DNA of 64,000 nt, taken from positions 96,001-160,000 of the forward strand of contig CAWIIP010000004.1 of assembly GCA_963836235.1 (NCBI GenBank). The letters are read 5' to 3'. Origin of the DNA: an uncultured Pseudomonadota bacterium (GTDB lineage: Bacteria; Oederibacteriota; Muellerivitia; Muellerivitales; Muellerivitaceae). Both the position numbers and the translations under genes were made by a program. Of this stretch, positions 1 through 11,499 are shown piece after piece; position 1 is the first letter of the stretch, and each line of letters begins with the position of its first letter. Under the pieces are notes generated by a model. It saw only the letters and a program-made list of their open reading frames with translations. It ran no database searches and had not been told where the DNA came from.

Positions 1-47
1 TTAATTTGTGGGTTTTGGATGATGCTTTTCTTTAAAGGATTTAAATC

Positions 48-2168
48 GTGAATTCTAAAACCGTCTTTAAACCCCTTTGGGCGGGTTTCTTTCTTCTCCT
101 TCTTTATTGGATGATCCGGCTTTGGGGCCATTTCCCGGCCTTTATGGACACGATGGAGTATGTCTTTCCGGAGAAGTGGTTCAATGTCGAATCGTTCCGC
201 CAGGGGCGGATACCCCTTTGGAATCCTTATATTGCCTGCGGAACGCCCCACCTAGCGGCATTCCAGCCCGCCCCTTTTTATCCTTTCTTTTGGATATGGA
301 ACCTTACCGGCCTCACCAACTGGTTTTTTGTGGTGGCGCTTTTGCACCAGGCCTTTGCCGCCGTCGGGTTTTACTTTTGGGGGAGGGCCCTGAAAGCTTC
401 CCCCTTGGTGGCGACTTTTTGCGCCTTGGGGTTTGCCGGGTCCGCCTTGATGACCTTCTATTGGGGTTTTCCCACCCATCTGGCTTCCATCGCGTGGATT
501 CCCTGGGTTTTCTTTACCTCCGTCCGGTTCCAGGAAAAACCTTCCCCGCGTTGGTGGATTTGGGCATCCCTCTGTTGGACGCTTCAAATATTGGCGGGTT
601 ATCCCATCTTCACTTTTTACGTCGCGCTTTTTTGGATGGGATGGGCCTATTGGAACTTGAGGGGCCGGGTAAAAATCCTAACGGCCCTGATGGGGACATT
701 TCTGGCCGCCATGGTTTTTTCCGCAGCCCAGTGGTTGCCCTTCGCGGATTTCCTGGGATATCTTCACCGGGACGGATGGGGGGATTATCTTTACGACCTT
801 CATTGGCCCAATTTTCTCACCCTTTTCCAGCCGCAGTTGTTGGGAACGCCTGGCATGGCCGGATATAAGGGGGATTATCCCGATTTCATTTTCAACAACC
901 TTTACCTTGGCTTGGTGCCCCTGGCGATTTTTATCGCTCTTTTTTTCTCGCCGAAATCAAAAAATTCATTTTGGAGGGGGATGGCGCTCTTCTGGTTTTT
1001 TTGGCTACCTGGGATTCATTTTTTTGTTTGGAAGATTCTTCCCGGCGCTTGGATGGACCGGCTGGAACCGGCGAAGGCCGCCTTTCTTTTCGTTTTTTGC
1101 GCCTTTACGGCCCTGGCCGTGGGGCTTTCCGAACAATTCCAATTCGCTTCCCGGAAAAACAAAATCTGGAAATGGGCCTGGGTGGCGGGAGCCTTGTGGA
1201 TTTTGGACATCCTCCTAATACCCTGCCGGGTGATTCAAACCGTGCCCGATCCTTACCGGAACGAAGAAGTTCGGCAATCCGCCGAGCGGGCCAAAGGGAT
1301 TGTGGGAGAGGGAAGGCTGGTGAGCCTCAAGGAAGCGGGCCAGGGTTATCCCGAGTGGGATGGAAGTGTTTCCGATTCCTTCAAGACGACGGCGGAGGAA
1401 CTGGTTCCCAACACCAATATGGTTTGGGGCCTAAAATCGGCACGGGGTTACCTCACGATTTATACCGATGGTTTTCAAGACCTGAACAAATATCTCAAAT
1501 CGGGCTATCCCTATGACGGACGCGTCCTGGACGCGGCGGGGGTGGACCTTATTCTTTATTCCCGGGCCCTTTCGGCCTTCAAGTACAACGTGAATGAACA
1601 GCATGGAGCGTCGGTATGGACCAAGAACGCCGGGGCCTTAGCTGGCGCCTGGAAAGTGGAGACGGTCCGGGAGTTTCCCGACCGGGCGGCGGTCTTCGAG
1701 GCGATGCTGGACCCTAAGGCTTTTCTCGAGAACGAGGTTTATACCGAAAAATCACGGGATGGGAAGGTCGTATCCCTGGCGCCGTCGACTCGAATCCTTT
1801 CCGGAAAGGTTCCTTCCGCTTGGGGGCGGTTAAAAGCCAAGGTGGCTGGTTGGTTCCAAACTGAGACGACTCTTGAGGGCTCCCGGCCTTCCCCCTGCGA
1901 GGCCCAATTCACGGTAATGGCGGACAAGAACGGGTTTCTGGTGTTCGACGAAAGTTTCGCACCCGGTTGGCACGCTTGGGTGGACGGCATCCCGGAAAAT
2001 ATTTTCCGCGCGGACGGCCTTTTTATGTCCGTGGTTTTGGATGAAAGCGGGGAGCATAAGGTGGATTTCCGCTACGAACCAGTGTCTTTCCGCCTAGGTT
2101 TATTCTTTACCTTGGTGTCGTTGGTGGCGGGTGCCTTAACCCTTGTTTTATCTAAGAGAAGGAAATGA
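48..2168 (+). CDS. YfhO-family polytopic membrane protein (GT-C-like glycosylation protein)
   Basis: 706 aa, many TM segments; N-terminal PLWNPY..CG.P motif and C-terminal PGWHAWVDG...H.V.F.Y.P motif typical of YfhO. Confidence 0.75.
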   Translation: MNSKTVFKPLWAGFFLLLLYWMIRLWGHFPAFMDTMEYVFPEKWFNVESFRQGRIPLWNPYIACGTPHLAAFQPAPFYPFFWIWNLTGLTNWFFVVALLHQAFAAVGFYFWGRALKASPLVATFCALGFAGSALMTFYWGFPTHLASIAWIPWVFFTSVRFQEKPSPRWWIWASLCWTLQILAGYPIFTFYVALFWMGWAYWNLRGRVKILTALMGTFLAAMVFSAAQWLPFADFLGYLHRDGWGDYLYDLHWPNFLTLFQPQLLGTPGMAGYKGDYPDFIFNNLYLGLVPLAIFIALFFSPKSKNSFWRGMALFWFFWLPGIHFFVWKILPGAWMDRLEPAKAAFLFVFCAFTALAVGLSEQFQFASRKNKIWKWAWVAGALWILDILLIPCRVIQTVPDPYRNEEVRQSAERAKGIVGEGRLVSLKEAGQGYPEWDGSVSDSFKTTAEELVPNTNMVWGLKSARGYLTIYTDGFQDLNKYLKSGYPYDGRVLDAAGVDLILYSRALSAFKYNVNEQHGASVWTKNAGALAGAWKVETVREFPDRAAVFEAMLDPKAFLENEVYTEKSRDGKVVSLAPSTRILSGKVPSAWGRLKAKVAGWFQTETTLEGSRPSPCEAQFTVMADKNGFLVFDESFAPGWHAWVDGIPENIFRADGLFMSVVLDESGEHKVDFRYEPVSFRLGLFFTLVSLVAGALTLVLSKRRK

Positions 2169-3532
2169 AAGTTTTTATAATTCCTAGACTGTTTTTTTTT
2201 CTTTCAATGTTTTTTTTACTACCATCGTTTGTCGTGGCTATTTCGGGCGATGAGAATGTTTTGGAAACGGACTTAAAAGACCGTGCCGATATCCTCTTTT
2301 TCGGTGGTTTCGAGTCTAACCCATGGACTTCGGTTTGGGGTATGGACTGGGGACCGGAACCAGCGTCTAATGCCGAACTTATTTTGAGCCCAAAGGCTTT
2401 CGATGGCCGTTCCCTTCGGGTCAAATACTTGAAGGATACCTATGGCCCGGAAGGTGGGCTCCAATATCTGACGGAATTTTCAAAACTTTCCATAGAACCT
2501 CAAGAAGCGCTCTATCTTCGTTATTATGTTCGGTTTGAGCCAGGTTTTGATTTTGTGAGGGGTGGAAAACTGCCCGGTCTGGCGGGTGCCAACGCCAATA
2601 CGGGCGGGCACAAATCGAACGGTACGGACGGTTGGAGCGCTCGCATGATGTGGAGGCCTGACGGAAAGATTGTTCAATATGTCTATCATCCTGATCAGCC
2701 AAACGACTATGGAGAGGATTTTGCCTGGAATTATGGAGGGTGCCCCCGCTATTTCAAACCGGGCCAATGGTATTGCGTTGAAACTTACGTTCAAATGAAC
2801 AGGCCGGGGAAGAAGGACGGCATCGTTCGGTCCTGGTTGAACGGGGACAAGGCTTTAGAGGTGACGAACCTGCGGTTCAGGGATATACCTGGGATCAAGA
2901 TCGACAAAATGTATTTTTCCACTTTTTTCGGCGGTGCCGATCCAAGCTGGGCACCTTCAAAGGAAGTGCGTGCCGATTTCGACAACTTTGTGATCGCTAA
3001 AAATTATATTGGTCCCGACAGGGATTGGACCGGAAAAACCAATGAAATTATGGTTCCTGTGTCAACCAACGAAAAAGAAACGACGGGCACCCTTCTTTTC
3101 GACGGTGACCATTCCGGTTGGATCACCAGTTCCTGGAGCGATGGCAAGTATGATTTTCATTCGACGGCCCAAAACCACACGTCAGGCGGCAAACAAAGTG
3201 TTTATATCCAACTGCCCGATGGGGCGTGGGGCGCAGTTCAGTTTGAAGGGCCGTCTACAAATGTTTTAGATTATAAGACGCTTTCTATGTGGGTTTATCC
3301 GACCCGTTGTGATTTGGAGTATCGGGTTCGATTTGAATTGAATGGACGCCAGGTGGGCGTCGAAAAGGCCGTGACAGGAGCACGTGGATGGGAAGTGAAC
3401 CAATGGAATCATGTGGAACTGTTGTTGAATGATTTTAAAATTTCGAGTTCTTTTAACAGAATAGTCCTTGCATCCAATACTTCCACGGCTGTCGCGCCGT
3501 TTTACATTGACGACATTGATTTAATTAAATGA
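2165..3532 (+). CDS. Secreted polysaccharide lyase (PL14-like) with C-terminal carbohydrate-binding-like domain
   Basis: Signal peptide; motifs GGKLPGL, WSARMMWR, FSTFFGG; C-terminal beta-sandwich ending FYIDDI. Confidence 0.7.
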   Translation: MKVFIIPRLFFFLSMFFLLPSFVVAISGDENVLETDLKDRADILFFGGFESNPWTSVWGMDWGPEPASNAELILSPKAFDGRSLRVKYLKDTYGPEGGLQYLTEFSKLSIEPQEALYLRYYVRFEPGFDFVRGGKLPGLAGANANTGGHKSNGTDGWSARMMWRPDGKIVQYVYHPDQPNDYGEDFAWNYGGCPRYFKPGQWYCVETYVQMNRPGKKDGIVRSWLNGDKALEVTNLRFRDIPGIKIDKMYFSTFFGGADPSWAPSKEVRADFDNFVIAKNYIGPDRDWTGKTNEIMVPVSTNEKETTGTLLFDGDHSGWITSSWSDGKYDFHSTAQNHTSGGKQSVYIQLPDGAWGAVQFEGPSTNVLDYKTLSMWVYPTRCDLEYRVRFELNGRQVGVEKAVTGARGWEVNQWNHVELLLNDFKISSSFNRIVLASNTSTAVAPFYIDDIDLIK

Positions 3533-3829
3533 TTCTGTTGATGCGTTAAAGCTTTCTCTATTGCGATGTTTTTTAAAATTTCAACTTGGTTGTAAAACGG
3601 TTTGCCCTTTTAAATCCTTTTTGGCATTGAACAAAAGGGTCGTTCTCCGCTTTAATGGTTTTGTCGGTAAACGGTTTTTTTAGCCTTGGCTTGGAAAGAA
3701 ATCTGAAAATCTCTTTCGGCTATTTACATTAAAACCTTTTTAGGAAAAACCGGGATGACTCCCGGTTGGAAGCATGAAGATTAAAAAACGCATTGCCTGG
3801 AATTTATTTTTTAAAATTCCGGCGAGCCG

Positions 3830-6800
3830 ATGGGTTTGAATTTTAAATCCACCCTCCTTGCCTATTTTCCTCCTAGATCCCATGTAACCGGTTTCAAATT
3901 TAAATGGCTTCAAGTTTCCTCCGTTTTTATTTTTTTGAATGTCCTCCCGGTTTTCTCACAGACTTGCAATACCAATACCACTAATGTTCCGAACCTTTGC
4001 ATCACCGTATCACCGACGAACCCGATTCCAGGCTCCGCTGTTACGGTGACGGTCAATTATTGCAGTACCGTTACTGGGGGTAACGGTACAGAACTAGTAG
4101 CCGCATTAAATAGCAATGCTACGACGCTTCAAGCTTGTAGTACTTCCGGGCAATATTTCCTTGTGGACAAGAATGGCGCGAATGTGGATGACGTGAATCC
4201 ATGCGGCGCGACCCCTGGCTGCGATATGGGCTATTACATGAATGATGAAGCCACCAATAGTAGTACGACACCTTGTACTTCTAATCATTCCGTTACCTGG
4301 ACCTTGACTATCCCTAATAGTGTTAATGTTGGCGGTACCTATAACCTTATTGTGGCGGCTGCTGGTTACACGAGTTTAACTTGTGGAACGGAAGGGTATA
4401 ATTCCGTTTTTATCCCTATCACCATACCCCTGCCACCGCCGGGAATTTCAAACGTGTCCAAAACCGCTGAAGAAAGCGGTACCACGGTCAATCCGGGGGA
4501 TTTACTCCTTTTCCATATCGACTACGACTTTGTAAATACCACCAATTTACAAGTGACCGATACGGTTCCACCAGACACCACCTTGGTTTCGACGGGTCCC
4601 GTAACCGCGGCCCCTTCCGGGTCGGCTGCTGGAACGGGGGTGACTTGGGCGATGGGCAACGCGACGACGCAGACCTCGGGTGCGGTATGGATGCTGGTAA
4701 GGGTGAATGTGGGGACACCGCAGGGGACCGTCATCCAAAATATGGCTTCGTTAACCTCTGCGGACATTACGACGCCAATTATCACGAACACGACCTCGAC
4801 CACGGTGGGCCCGGGTTTTGCCATTTCGAAAAGCGAGTCCTCCTCCTCGCTGCTACCCGGGCAGACCATCACCTATACCCTCACTTACAGCCACAGTGGC
4901 CAAAGCCTACAATTGTTCGATTCTTACGACAACAATCCAGTCAACACTTCGGGAAGTGCCATCCAAGGATTCGACGGGACCCCCTATACCGCCTCTACTG
5001 GGGTTTCCTTTACGGTGGAATCCGATTCAGCTGGTAACCATTACGTCATGGCACAGGCCTGTACAGGTATCAGCTTCGCCGCGGGTATGACCTGCACGAC
5101 TTTTGGGACCCTTTTGAGAAACGGTCCTACGGTCAATATATGCGATGGCTATACGGTGGAGGGGAACGTGTTCATCCCGGTCGGGGATCCCTCCGGTGCT
5201 GACGCCCATTTGGTGATCGCCTCCAGCGGCGGGAACGCCTACATGGTGGGTATTTCCCTGGACAGTTATCCCGGCAATTTTTTTCTGCAAAAAAATAACA
5301 CCGCGCCCGCGACGGTTACCGATCCCGTTACTCTAATTAATAACCAGATCGGCACGACCATTACGGCGGGCGTATGGTATACGATCGAGGCCCAAATCAC
5401 CTATGTCGGCGGTTTCCCCAATATTTGCGCGAAAGTTTGGCCGACCGGCGGCACTGTTCCGGCGGCTAACGCTTTTTGTTATGTCGACAACACCAACCCC
5501 CTTCCTTGCGGGCAGTATCAAATAGGCTGGCAGGCGGACGGATCGGCTAATTTCGACTATTACTCGGATTTAAAACTTTTCGGCCCAGACCCGGCTATCA
5601 ATACCCTAGTTTGGGATACGGTTCCTTCGGGAGTGCAATACCTGGGCAACGCGGTTGGACCCGTGACTGCTACCCCGGTGGCTACTGTTACATTTTCGCA
5701 AGGGCCTCCCTTGAGCTGGAGTTTTCCCGAAACCCTTTATAACGGTCCCAGCGGAGCTATTACTTGGTGGGGGTCAGTGGACTGCTCTTCTACCGGCATT
5801 CTTATCAACAGCGCGGATATCCATGCAGCCGGAGTCAGTTCGATATTATCTAACGCGGTAACGGCTTCAGTAGCTACCTGTACTTTTACCCCAACGCCTA
5901 CCAATACGCCGACCCAAACTCCAACATTGACGCCGTCCTTTACCCCTACGAATACCGATACCAACTCCCCAACTAATACTCCCACTAATACCTTTACTTA
6001 CACCCCCACCAATACTCCCACTTGGACGGCTACGAACACGCCTACAATTACTCCAACCTTCACGCCCACTTATACGGCTACCCTTACGCCCACTAATACT
6101 TTCATTAATACCCCAACGCCCACGGATACGCCCACTAATACGGCCACGAATACCCCTAGTTCCACTTTCACGAATAGCGTTACCAACACCCCAACGCCAA
6201 CCCCCACATTCACCGACACGGCGACAGATACATTCACCGCGACCAATAGTCCCACTAATACTTTCACCCCGACTCCCACTGATACTCCAACCGATACCGT
6301 GACCCCGACCTATACTTACACTTGGACTCCAACCTTCACCCCCACTGACACGCCAACGGCAACCGATACCTTTACCGTAACGAATACGCCGACCTTGACG
6401 TTCACAATGACGGATTCTTTCACCCCCACCAATACCATAACCCCCACGAATACTTTTACTTCGACTCCAACATTCACCGTAACTAATACTTTTACTCTCA
6501 CGGATACTGCGACGCCTACCAATAGCCCGACAGACACCTTCACTTATACAAATACTTTTACTCCTACACTGACGCCTACCCGGACTTTTACGCCTACTCC
6601 CACGAATACGGCAACTTCTACCCCGACTTCTACGGATACTTCCACGCCTACTAGCACTCCCACTTCGAGCCCTACCGCGACGCCTACCAGTACTTTTACT
6701 TCCACGCCGACGCTGGTAGCTGGGGTGACTATTCAGAAAAAGGCTTCGGAAACCACGGCTTCGTCGGGCGACATCATTACCTACGATATCTCCCTGAGCG

Positions 6801-7984
6801 TGACGGGAAGCATGGTTACTCTACCCATGGTGGTGGATACCCTGCCCGCAAACGTCACTTTTAATAGTTATGAATCCGACCCGCCGGGTACTACCACGCT
6901 TCCACCTAACGGAGACCTTCTGACGTGGAATCTCCCGAAGCTGAACCCCGGTACCTACGATCTATTCTATTCGGTACAGGTAAATAGTTTTGTGGCCGCG
7001 GGAACAGTGCTGGAAAATAAGGCTTGGGTCACCTACTTGGATGGGGGGCCGATCACCGCGGTCGCGGATGTGACAGTTGTCGGGCAATACACCATCCGGG
7101 TGAATGTTTATAACGAAGCCGGGGAAGTCGTGAAAACTATCCTCGTCACCCAAATGTCCCAGCCCATTATGAACATCCAGCTCGCGCCCGCCACGATCAC
7201 AAGCCTTGAGGGACAGGTGCAAATTTATGACGGTAGTTACTTGATCGGTACTTGGGACGGCACCACTAACAACGGTACCCCGGCGACCAACGGTGTTTAC
7301 CATATCAGCGTGGACAGCACCGATTCTTCGGGTGTGATCCAAAGCGTCACGCAAGAAGCTGTCGTCAGCCGGTCCATTGCGCAAGTGAATGTCGATATCT
7401 ACAATGAGGCGGGGGAGATCGTGCGGCATTTATTCGCTTATATGGATGATCCCAATAACAGCTTGATCACGGGATTCAATCTTTCGGCCTCCGCCATCAT
7501 TCCCGGGTCTTCTTCTCCTGGAACACCCGGCCAAGTCCAGATTACGAGCGATTTGGGAACCCTTTTGGCAACCTGGGACGGAAAAAGCGATTCGGGGACG
7601 GTGGTGACCAATGGGATTTACTTCGTCGAGATGTCCACGACGAATGGTGCCGGAGGGCAATCGACCATTACGAAAACAGTGACCGTTTTACAACAGGGAA
7701 GCCATTGGGCCGCGGGAACGGTGACAGCGGCTCCGAACGAAACCGACGCGGATCATCCGACGATTACGTTCGCAACAGGAACAGTCGGGTTAACCCTGGA
7801 AGTCAAGATTTATGATGTGGCTGGTGAATTGGTGGCCAATATTAATGGCGACAGGGAAATCAGCCAGGCCCAATGGACCCCCGTCAAAACCGCTAGCGGA
7901 CTTTATATTGCGGTAGTGGGTTTAACCGATTCCAATGGAAAATGGGCGGGACAACAGATTTTGAAATTACTTGTTCGGCATTAA
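3830..7984 (+). CDS. Large secreted/surface protein with DUF11-like repeats, Thr/Pro linker and FlgD-Ig-like C-terminal domains
   Basis: 1384 aa; K.....PGD.ITY / DT.P DUF11-like segments; repeated YNEAGE.V(K/R) and WDG....NG.Y modules. Confidence 0.7.
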   Translation: MGLNFKSTLLAYFPPRSHVTGFKFKWLQVSSVFIFLNVLPVFSQTCNTNTTNVPNLCITVSPTNPIPGSAVTVTVNYCSTVTGGNGTELVAALNSNATTLQACSTSGQYFLVDKNGANVDDVNPCGATPGCDMGYYMNDEATNSSTTPCTSNHSVTWTLTIPNSVNVGGTYNLIVAAAGYTSLTCGTEGYNSVFIPITIPLPPPGISNVSKTAEESGTTVNPGDLLLFHIDYDFVNTTNLQVTDTVPPDTTLVSTGPVTAAPSGSAAGTGVTWAMGNATTQTSGAVWMLVRVNVGTPQGTVIQNMASLTSADITTPIITNTTSTTVGPGFAISKSESSSSLLPGQTITYTLTYSHSGQSLQLFDSYDNNPVNTSGSAIQGFDGTPYTASTGVSFTVESDSAGNHYVMAQACTGISFAAGMTCTTFGTLLRNGPTVNICDGYTVEGNVFIPVGDPSGADAHLVIASSGGNAYMVGISLDSYPGNFFLQKNNTAPATVTDPVTLINNQIGTTITAGVWYTIEAQITYVGGFPNICAKVWPTGGTVPAANAFCYVDNTNPLPCGQYQIGWQADGSANFDYYSDLKLFGPDPAINTLVWDTVPSGVQYLGNAVGPVTATPVATVTFSQGPPLSWSFPETLYNGPSGAITWWGSVDCSSTGILINSADIHAAGVSSILSNAVTASVATCTFTPTPTNTPTQTPTLTPSFTPTNTDTNSPTNTPTNTFTYTPTNTPTWTATNTPTITPTFTPTYTATLTPTNTFINTPTPTDTPTNTATNTPSSTFTNSVTNTPTPTPTFTDTATDTFTATNSPTNTFTPTPTDTPTDTVTPTYTYTWTPTFTPTDTPTATDTFTVTNTPTLTFTMTDSFTPTNTITPTNTFTSTPTFTVTNTFTLTDTATPTNSPTDTFTYTNTFTPTLTPTRTFTPTPTNTATSTPTSTDTSTPTSTPTSSPTATPTSTFTSTPTLVAGVTIQKKASETTASSGDIITYDISLSVTGSMVTLPMVVDTLPANVTFNSYESDPPGTTTLPPNGDLLTWNLPKLNPGTYDLFYSVQVNSFVAAGTVLENKAWVTYLDGGPITAVADVTVVGQYTIRVNVYNEAGEVVKTILVTQMSQPIMNIQLAPATITSLEGQVQIYDGSYLIGTWDGTTNNGTPATNGVYHISVDSTDSSGVIQSVTQEAVVSRSIAQVNVDIYNEAGEIVRHLFAYMDDPNNSLITGFNLSASAIIPGSSSPGTPGQVQITSDLGTLLATWDGKSDSGTVVTNGIYFVEMSTTNGAGGQSTITKTVTVLQQGSHWAAGTVTAAPNETDADHPTITFATGTVGLTLEVKIYDVAGELVANINGDREISQAQWTPVKTASGLYIAVVGLTDSNGKWAGQQILKLLVRH
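5880..6712 (+). repeat. Low-complexity coding repeat (TPT[N/F/D]T)n, Thr/Pro-rich linker
   Basis: About 280 codons of degenerate TPTNT/TFTPT repeats within the surface protein. Confidence 0.9.
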
Positions 7985-8243
7985 AACAAAAGCAAAACAT
8001 TCCATTTGTTTGAAGTCGAATTCGACCGTTCGGTTCTGTGGATTTCGATGGAGAATTTTAAAACAGACTGGACTTTTAATTGAGTGCTTGAACCAATTGC
8101 TTCGCCGCCTGGATTTTATTTAAACTCAAAAAACTTAGATTCGTCCGACCCGCAGTGGGCAGTTACCGCTTTGGATTTTCTAATGTCATAACCACTATAC
8201 AAAATGGTTTCTTTGTGGATATATATTGTTGTCCAGGTAAACT

Positions 8244-8963
8244 ATGGCCCGAAACAACCCGGAACCGGAGGCTTCTTTCATGTTTAGGTTTTTTTTGGTG
8301 TTTTTTTGTTGGGTATCATTGGGTTCCGCTTGGGCCAAGCGTGAACCCCCGCCCTTTATCCCTCCTGTCGACGATGGTATTTACCGTTTCGTTTTAAGGG
8401 AAAACAGCCAGCCCGATAAGCTCGGTATTTATAAAGGGGGGCATGTCGAGGCTTACCTGAAAATAACGGGTGAAAAAATTTGGGAAAAATACCTGTACAA
8501 AGTTCATTTAGATCCGACGGTCGAAAGGGACGTACAGGATGTTTTTGTGCGTGAAATGTATCTGGATAAACCTAACCGGCTGATACTGGAAAACGAAAGA
8601 GGGGAATGGTTTGTACTAGAACGTCGAACCGGGGACCTTCTTCAATTAGAGGATTTTAAACGGACAGAAGAGGAAAAAATACCCGATAACTCCGATTCGA
8701 CGAAAGTAGAACCAATTCTTCAGGACAATTTCCTCATCGAGGCGGATGAATCAGTCAGCTATGGCCACCAAAAAGTAAGGGCTTTTGACGTACCGACCGG
8801 ACGGTTGCTTTGGGAAAAAAAGATACCCTCTCCCAGTGATGGGAATGGGGGGCGAAGCCATATTTCCTTCATGCTGTTGAATCCAAAAAGCCAGTTGGAG
8901 ATTAATTTTGAAGATAGTTCCGAATGCTTGGTGGACGTCAAGACGGGAAAATTGTTGAAATAA
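8244..8963 (+). CDS. Hypothetical secreted protein with PQQ-like beta-propeller repeats
   Basis: Signal peptide; internal duplication with TG..(I/L)WEK and D..TG.LL motifs. Confidence 0.55.
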   Translation: MARNNPEPEASFMFRFFLVFFCWVSLGSAWAKREPPPFIPPVDDGIYRFVLRENSQPDKLGIYKGGHVEAYLKITGEKIWEKYLYKVHLDPTVERDVQDVFVREMYLDKPNRLILENERGEWFVLERRTGDLLQLEDFKRTEEEKIPDNSDSTKVEPILQDNFLIEADESVSYGHQKVRAFDVPTGRLLWEKKIPSPSDGNGGRSHISFMLLNPKSQLEINFEDSSECLVDVKTGKLLK

Positions 8964-8977
8964 TAAGTCTTATAAAC

Positions 8978-9016
8978 AAAAAAGCCCTGGCTCCATTTTG
9001 GAGTCGGGGCTTTTTT
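8978..9016. terminator. Bidirectional intrinsic terminator
   Basis: A-run, GCCCTGGCTCCA-TTT-TGGAGTCGGGGC stem, T-run, between convergent genes. Confidence 0.85.
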
Positions 9017-9029
9017 CTATAACCTATTT

Positions 9030-10097
9030 TCAGGCGACGGTGACGTCCTTACAAAGATAGACATCTTGGATCGTTTGCAGGAGCTTGGCTCCTTCTTCCA
9101 TCGGACGCTGGAAAGCCTTGCGGCCGGAAATCAGGCCCATGCCGCCCGCGCGCTTGTTGATGACCGCGGTTTTGACCGCTTCGGCGAAGTCGTTCTCGCC
9201 GGAAGCGCCGCCGGAGTTGATCAATCCCGCCCGGCCCATGTAGCAATTCGCTACCTGCCAACGGGTCCACTCGATGGGGTGATCGGGGCAAAGCGTGTCA
9301 TACATACGCTTGTCGAACTTTCCATAAGAAGATTCTTGGTTCAGGTAAGCGAAACCGCCGTTATTCTCGGGCAGCTTTTGTTTGATGATGTCGGCCTCGA
9401 TGGTGACGCCCAGGTGGTTGGCTTGGCCGGTCAGGTCGGCGGAGACGTGGAAGTCTTTTTCCTTGGTTTTAAAGGCCTTGTTGCGCACGTAGCACCAAAG
9501 AACTGTGAACATCCCGTACTCATGGGCTTGTTGAAAAGCCTTGGTCGTTTCCTCAATCTCCTTTTGGGAGTCTTCGCTTCCGAAATACACCGTAGCGCCG
9601 ATTCCGGCGGCTCCCATGTCATAGGCCTGCTTGACCGAACCGAAATAAAATTCGGAAGCCTTATTGGGATAGGTCAAAAGCTCGTTGTGGTTGAGCTTGA
9701 CGAGGAAAGGAATCTTATGGGCGTATTTGCGAGACATGATGCCCAAAACCCCCAAAGTGGAAGCCACCGCGTTACAGCCGCCCGCGAGGGCCAGCTTGAT
9801 GATGTTTTCGGCGTCAAAATAAATGGGATTTTTGGCGAAAGAAGCCCCGGCGGAATGCTCGATGCCCTGGTCCACCGGCAAGATGGAGACATAACCAGTG
9901 CCTGCCAAGCGACCCGCGTTATAAAGCCAATTCAGGCTGGAAAGGACGCGGTTGTTGCGGTCGGATTGGGCGAAAATGCGGTCGACCCAGTCGCCATCGG
10001 GAATATGGAGCGAATCCTTGGAAATTCCCTTGCACTTATAGCCCAGCAAGTCCTTGGCCTGAGTTCCCAAGTGTTTTTCAATATCGGAGATATTCAT
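9030..10097 (-). CDS. fbaB: Class I fructose-bisphosphate aldolase (DhnA type)
   Basis: [33 protein letters not shown] motifs. Confidence 0.95.
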   Translation of the reverse strand: MNISDIEKHLGTQAKDLLGYKCKGISKDSLHIPDGDWVDRIFAQSDRNNRVLSSLNWLYNAGRLAGTGYVSILPVDQGIEHSAGASFAKNPIYFDAENIIKLALAGGCNAVASTLGVLGIMSRKYAHKIPFLVKLNHNELLTYPNKASEFYFGSVKQAYDMGAAGIGATVYFGSEDSQKEIEETTKAFQQAHEYGMFTVLWCYVRNKAFKTKEKDFHVSADLTGQANHLGVTIEADIIKQKLPENNGGFAYLNQESSYGKFDKRMYDTLCPDHPIEWTRWQVANCYMGRAGLINSGGASGENDFAEAVKTAVINKRAGGMGLISGRKAFQRPMEEGAKLLQTIQDVYLCKDVTVA

Positions 10098-10257
10098 GTT
10101 CCCGTCCTTCGTTGGAATTTAAACGCGATTCAGCGTGGTAAAAAGCCTTTAAATGAGCCACTACTAATACAAAATTGGGGTGCAATAAGCAAGCCAAAAG
10201 CCTGCTTGGGGCGTCAGTCCCTCATGTAGGAGTGAAGGATTGGAATTTCCATCATCT

Positions 10258-10611
10258 TTATTTCCAAGTTTTGTTGAATTCCTCCTCCTTGAAGCCGATG
10301 GTGGCTTTTTCACCCTCTACCAACAAGGGGCGTTTGATAAGCCGACCGTTTTTCGAGAGGAGTTCCAGCAATTGGTCTTCCGTCATCGTCTTCACTTTCT
10401 CCTTCATGTTGAGGAGACGGTACTGCTCGCCGCTCTTATTCAGAAGGTCGGTGATCTTCTTACCGCTCAGGTTTAATATTTTCTTCAATTCGGTTTTTCC
10501 AGGTGGGGACAAGGTGATGTCGGTGGATTTCAAGTCTTTGTGGTACTTTTCCAGCCACTTTTGGGCGTTTCGGCAGGTGGAGCATTTGGGATATTGGTAA
10601 AACTCAAGCAT
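10258..10611 (-). CDS. ArsC/Spx-family protein
   Basis: YPKCSTCRNA (CxxC) and LIKRPLL motifs. Confidence 0.9.
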   Translation of the reverse strand: MLEFYQYPKCSTCRNAQKWLEKYHKDLKSTDITLSPPGKTELKKILNLSGKKITDLLNKSGEQYRLLNMKEKVKTMTEDQLLELLSKNGRLIKRPLLVEGEKATIGFKEEEFNKTWK

Positions 10612-10724
10612 GTTTTCCTCCCTGAAATTGAGGTTTTTGAGAAAGGTTATTTAACTTGAGAAAGAACCTAAAAGCTAGTTTGATATAAGCCGTTTTCCAA
10701 ATGTTTAATTAGGGGGATCTCGAT

Positions 10725-11486
10725 ATGGTTTTAACCGGAGGAAGACTGGCTTTCCTTTTGGTATTGGGCGGCTTAACGTCACTGGTTTGGGCGGATGATT
10801 CGGATCAAAGCCCGCAAGCCCAACTTTTCGTGGCGCAGGTCAAGGGGGAAGCCTATGTCGTTCATAATGACAAGCAAAACCAAGCCATTGCCCCCGAACC
10901 TCTTGTCGAAAACGACAGGATCAAGACTGGGCCTGACGGTAAAGCCTACCTGGAATTTCAAAATGGCGGAATCGTGGAGGTGGGCGCCAAAAGCGATGTG
11001 ACGGTCAAACAACTCGAAATCACTCCCGATGATTTTAAAGCCCGGTTTCTTTTAGCCTGGGGGAAATTCCGGGCGAAGGTCAAGAAGCTGACTAGCTCGA
11101 AATCCTCCTTTGAAGTTGAGGCCGGCGGCGTGGTGGCGGGTGTTCGCGGCACGGTCTTCGGAGTGAATTATGATCAAACAAAGAAAGAAGTGGATGCCCA
11201 GATCTATGAGGGCTCTATTTTCACCCGCGCGGGGGGAAAGGAAGAAATTGTCGATAAGGGATACACCATGGCGGTGGAGAAGACGGGACTGTCGGTGAAA
11301 TCGCCCTTGACCGGTCAGCAGATGAATGGCTTCGAGGATTTTGTCAATGTCTCGGGACAGTTGGAACAAAAGAAGCAGCAGCTTCTCCAGCAGATGCATG
11401 ACAATCTCATGGGTAAAATGCCCGACGTCGTTAAACAGCATGAGAATGACTTGAACAACGCGATCGGACAGAAACTGCCTTTTTAA
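10725..11486 (+). CDS. FecR-domain secreted protein
   Basis: Signal peptide; D.IKTG, AGVRGTVF motifs. Confidence 0.8.
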   Translation: MVLTGGRLAFLLVLGGLTSLVWADDSDQSPQAQLFVAQVKGEAYVVHNDKQNQAIAPEPLVENDRIKTGPDGKAYLEFQNGGIVEVGAKSDVTVKQLEITPDDFKARFLLAWGKFRAKVKKLTSSKSSFEVEAGGVVAGVRGTVFGVNYDQTKKEVDAQIYEGSIFTRAGGKEEIVDKGYTMAVEKTGLSVKSPLTGQQMNGFEDFVNVSGQLEQKKQQLLQQMHDNLMGKMPDVVKQHENDLNNAIGQKLPF

Positions 11487-11499
11487 AAGGTTAATAGGA

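Noticed and set aside
9066-10229. 387 aa ORF antisense to fbaB
   Set aside because: Shadow ORF of a well-conserved gene; no recognisable motifs.
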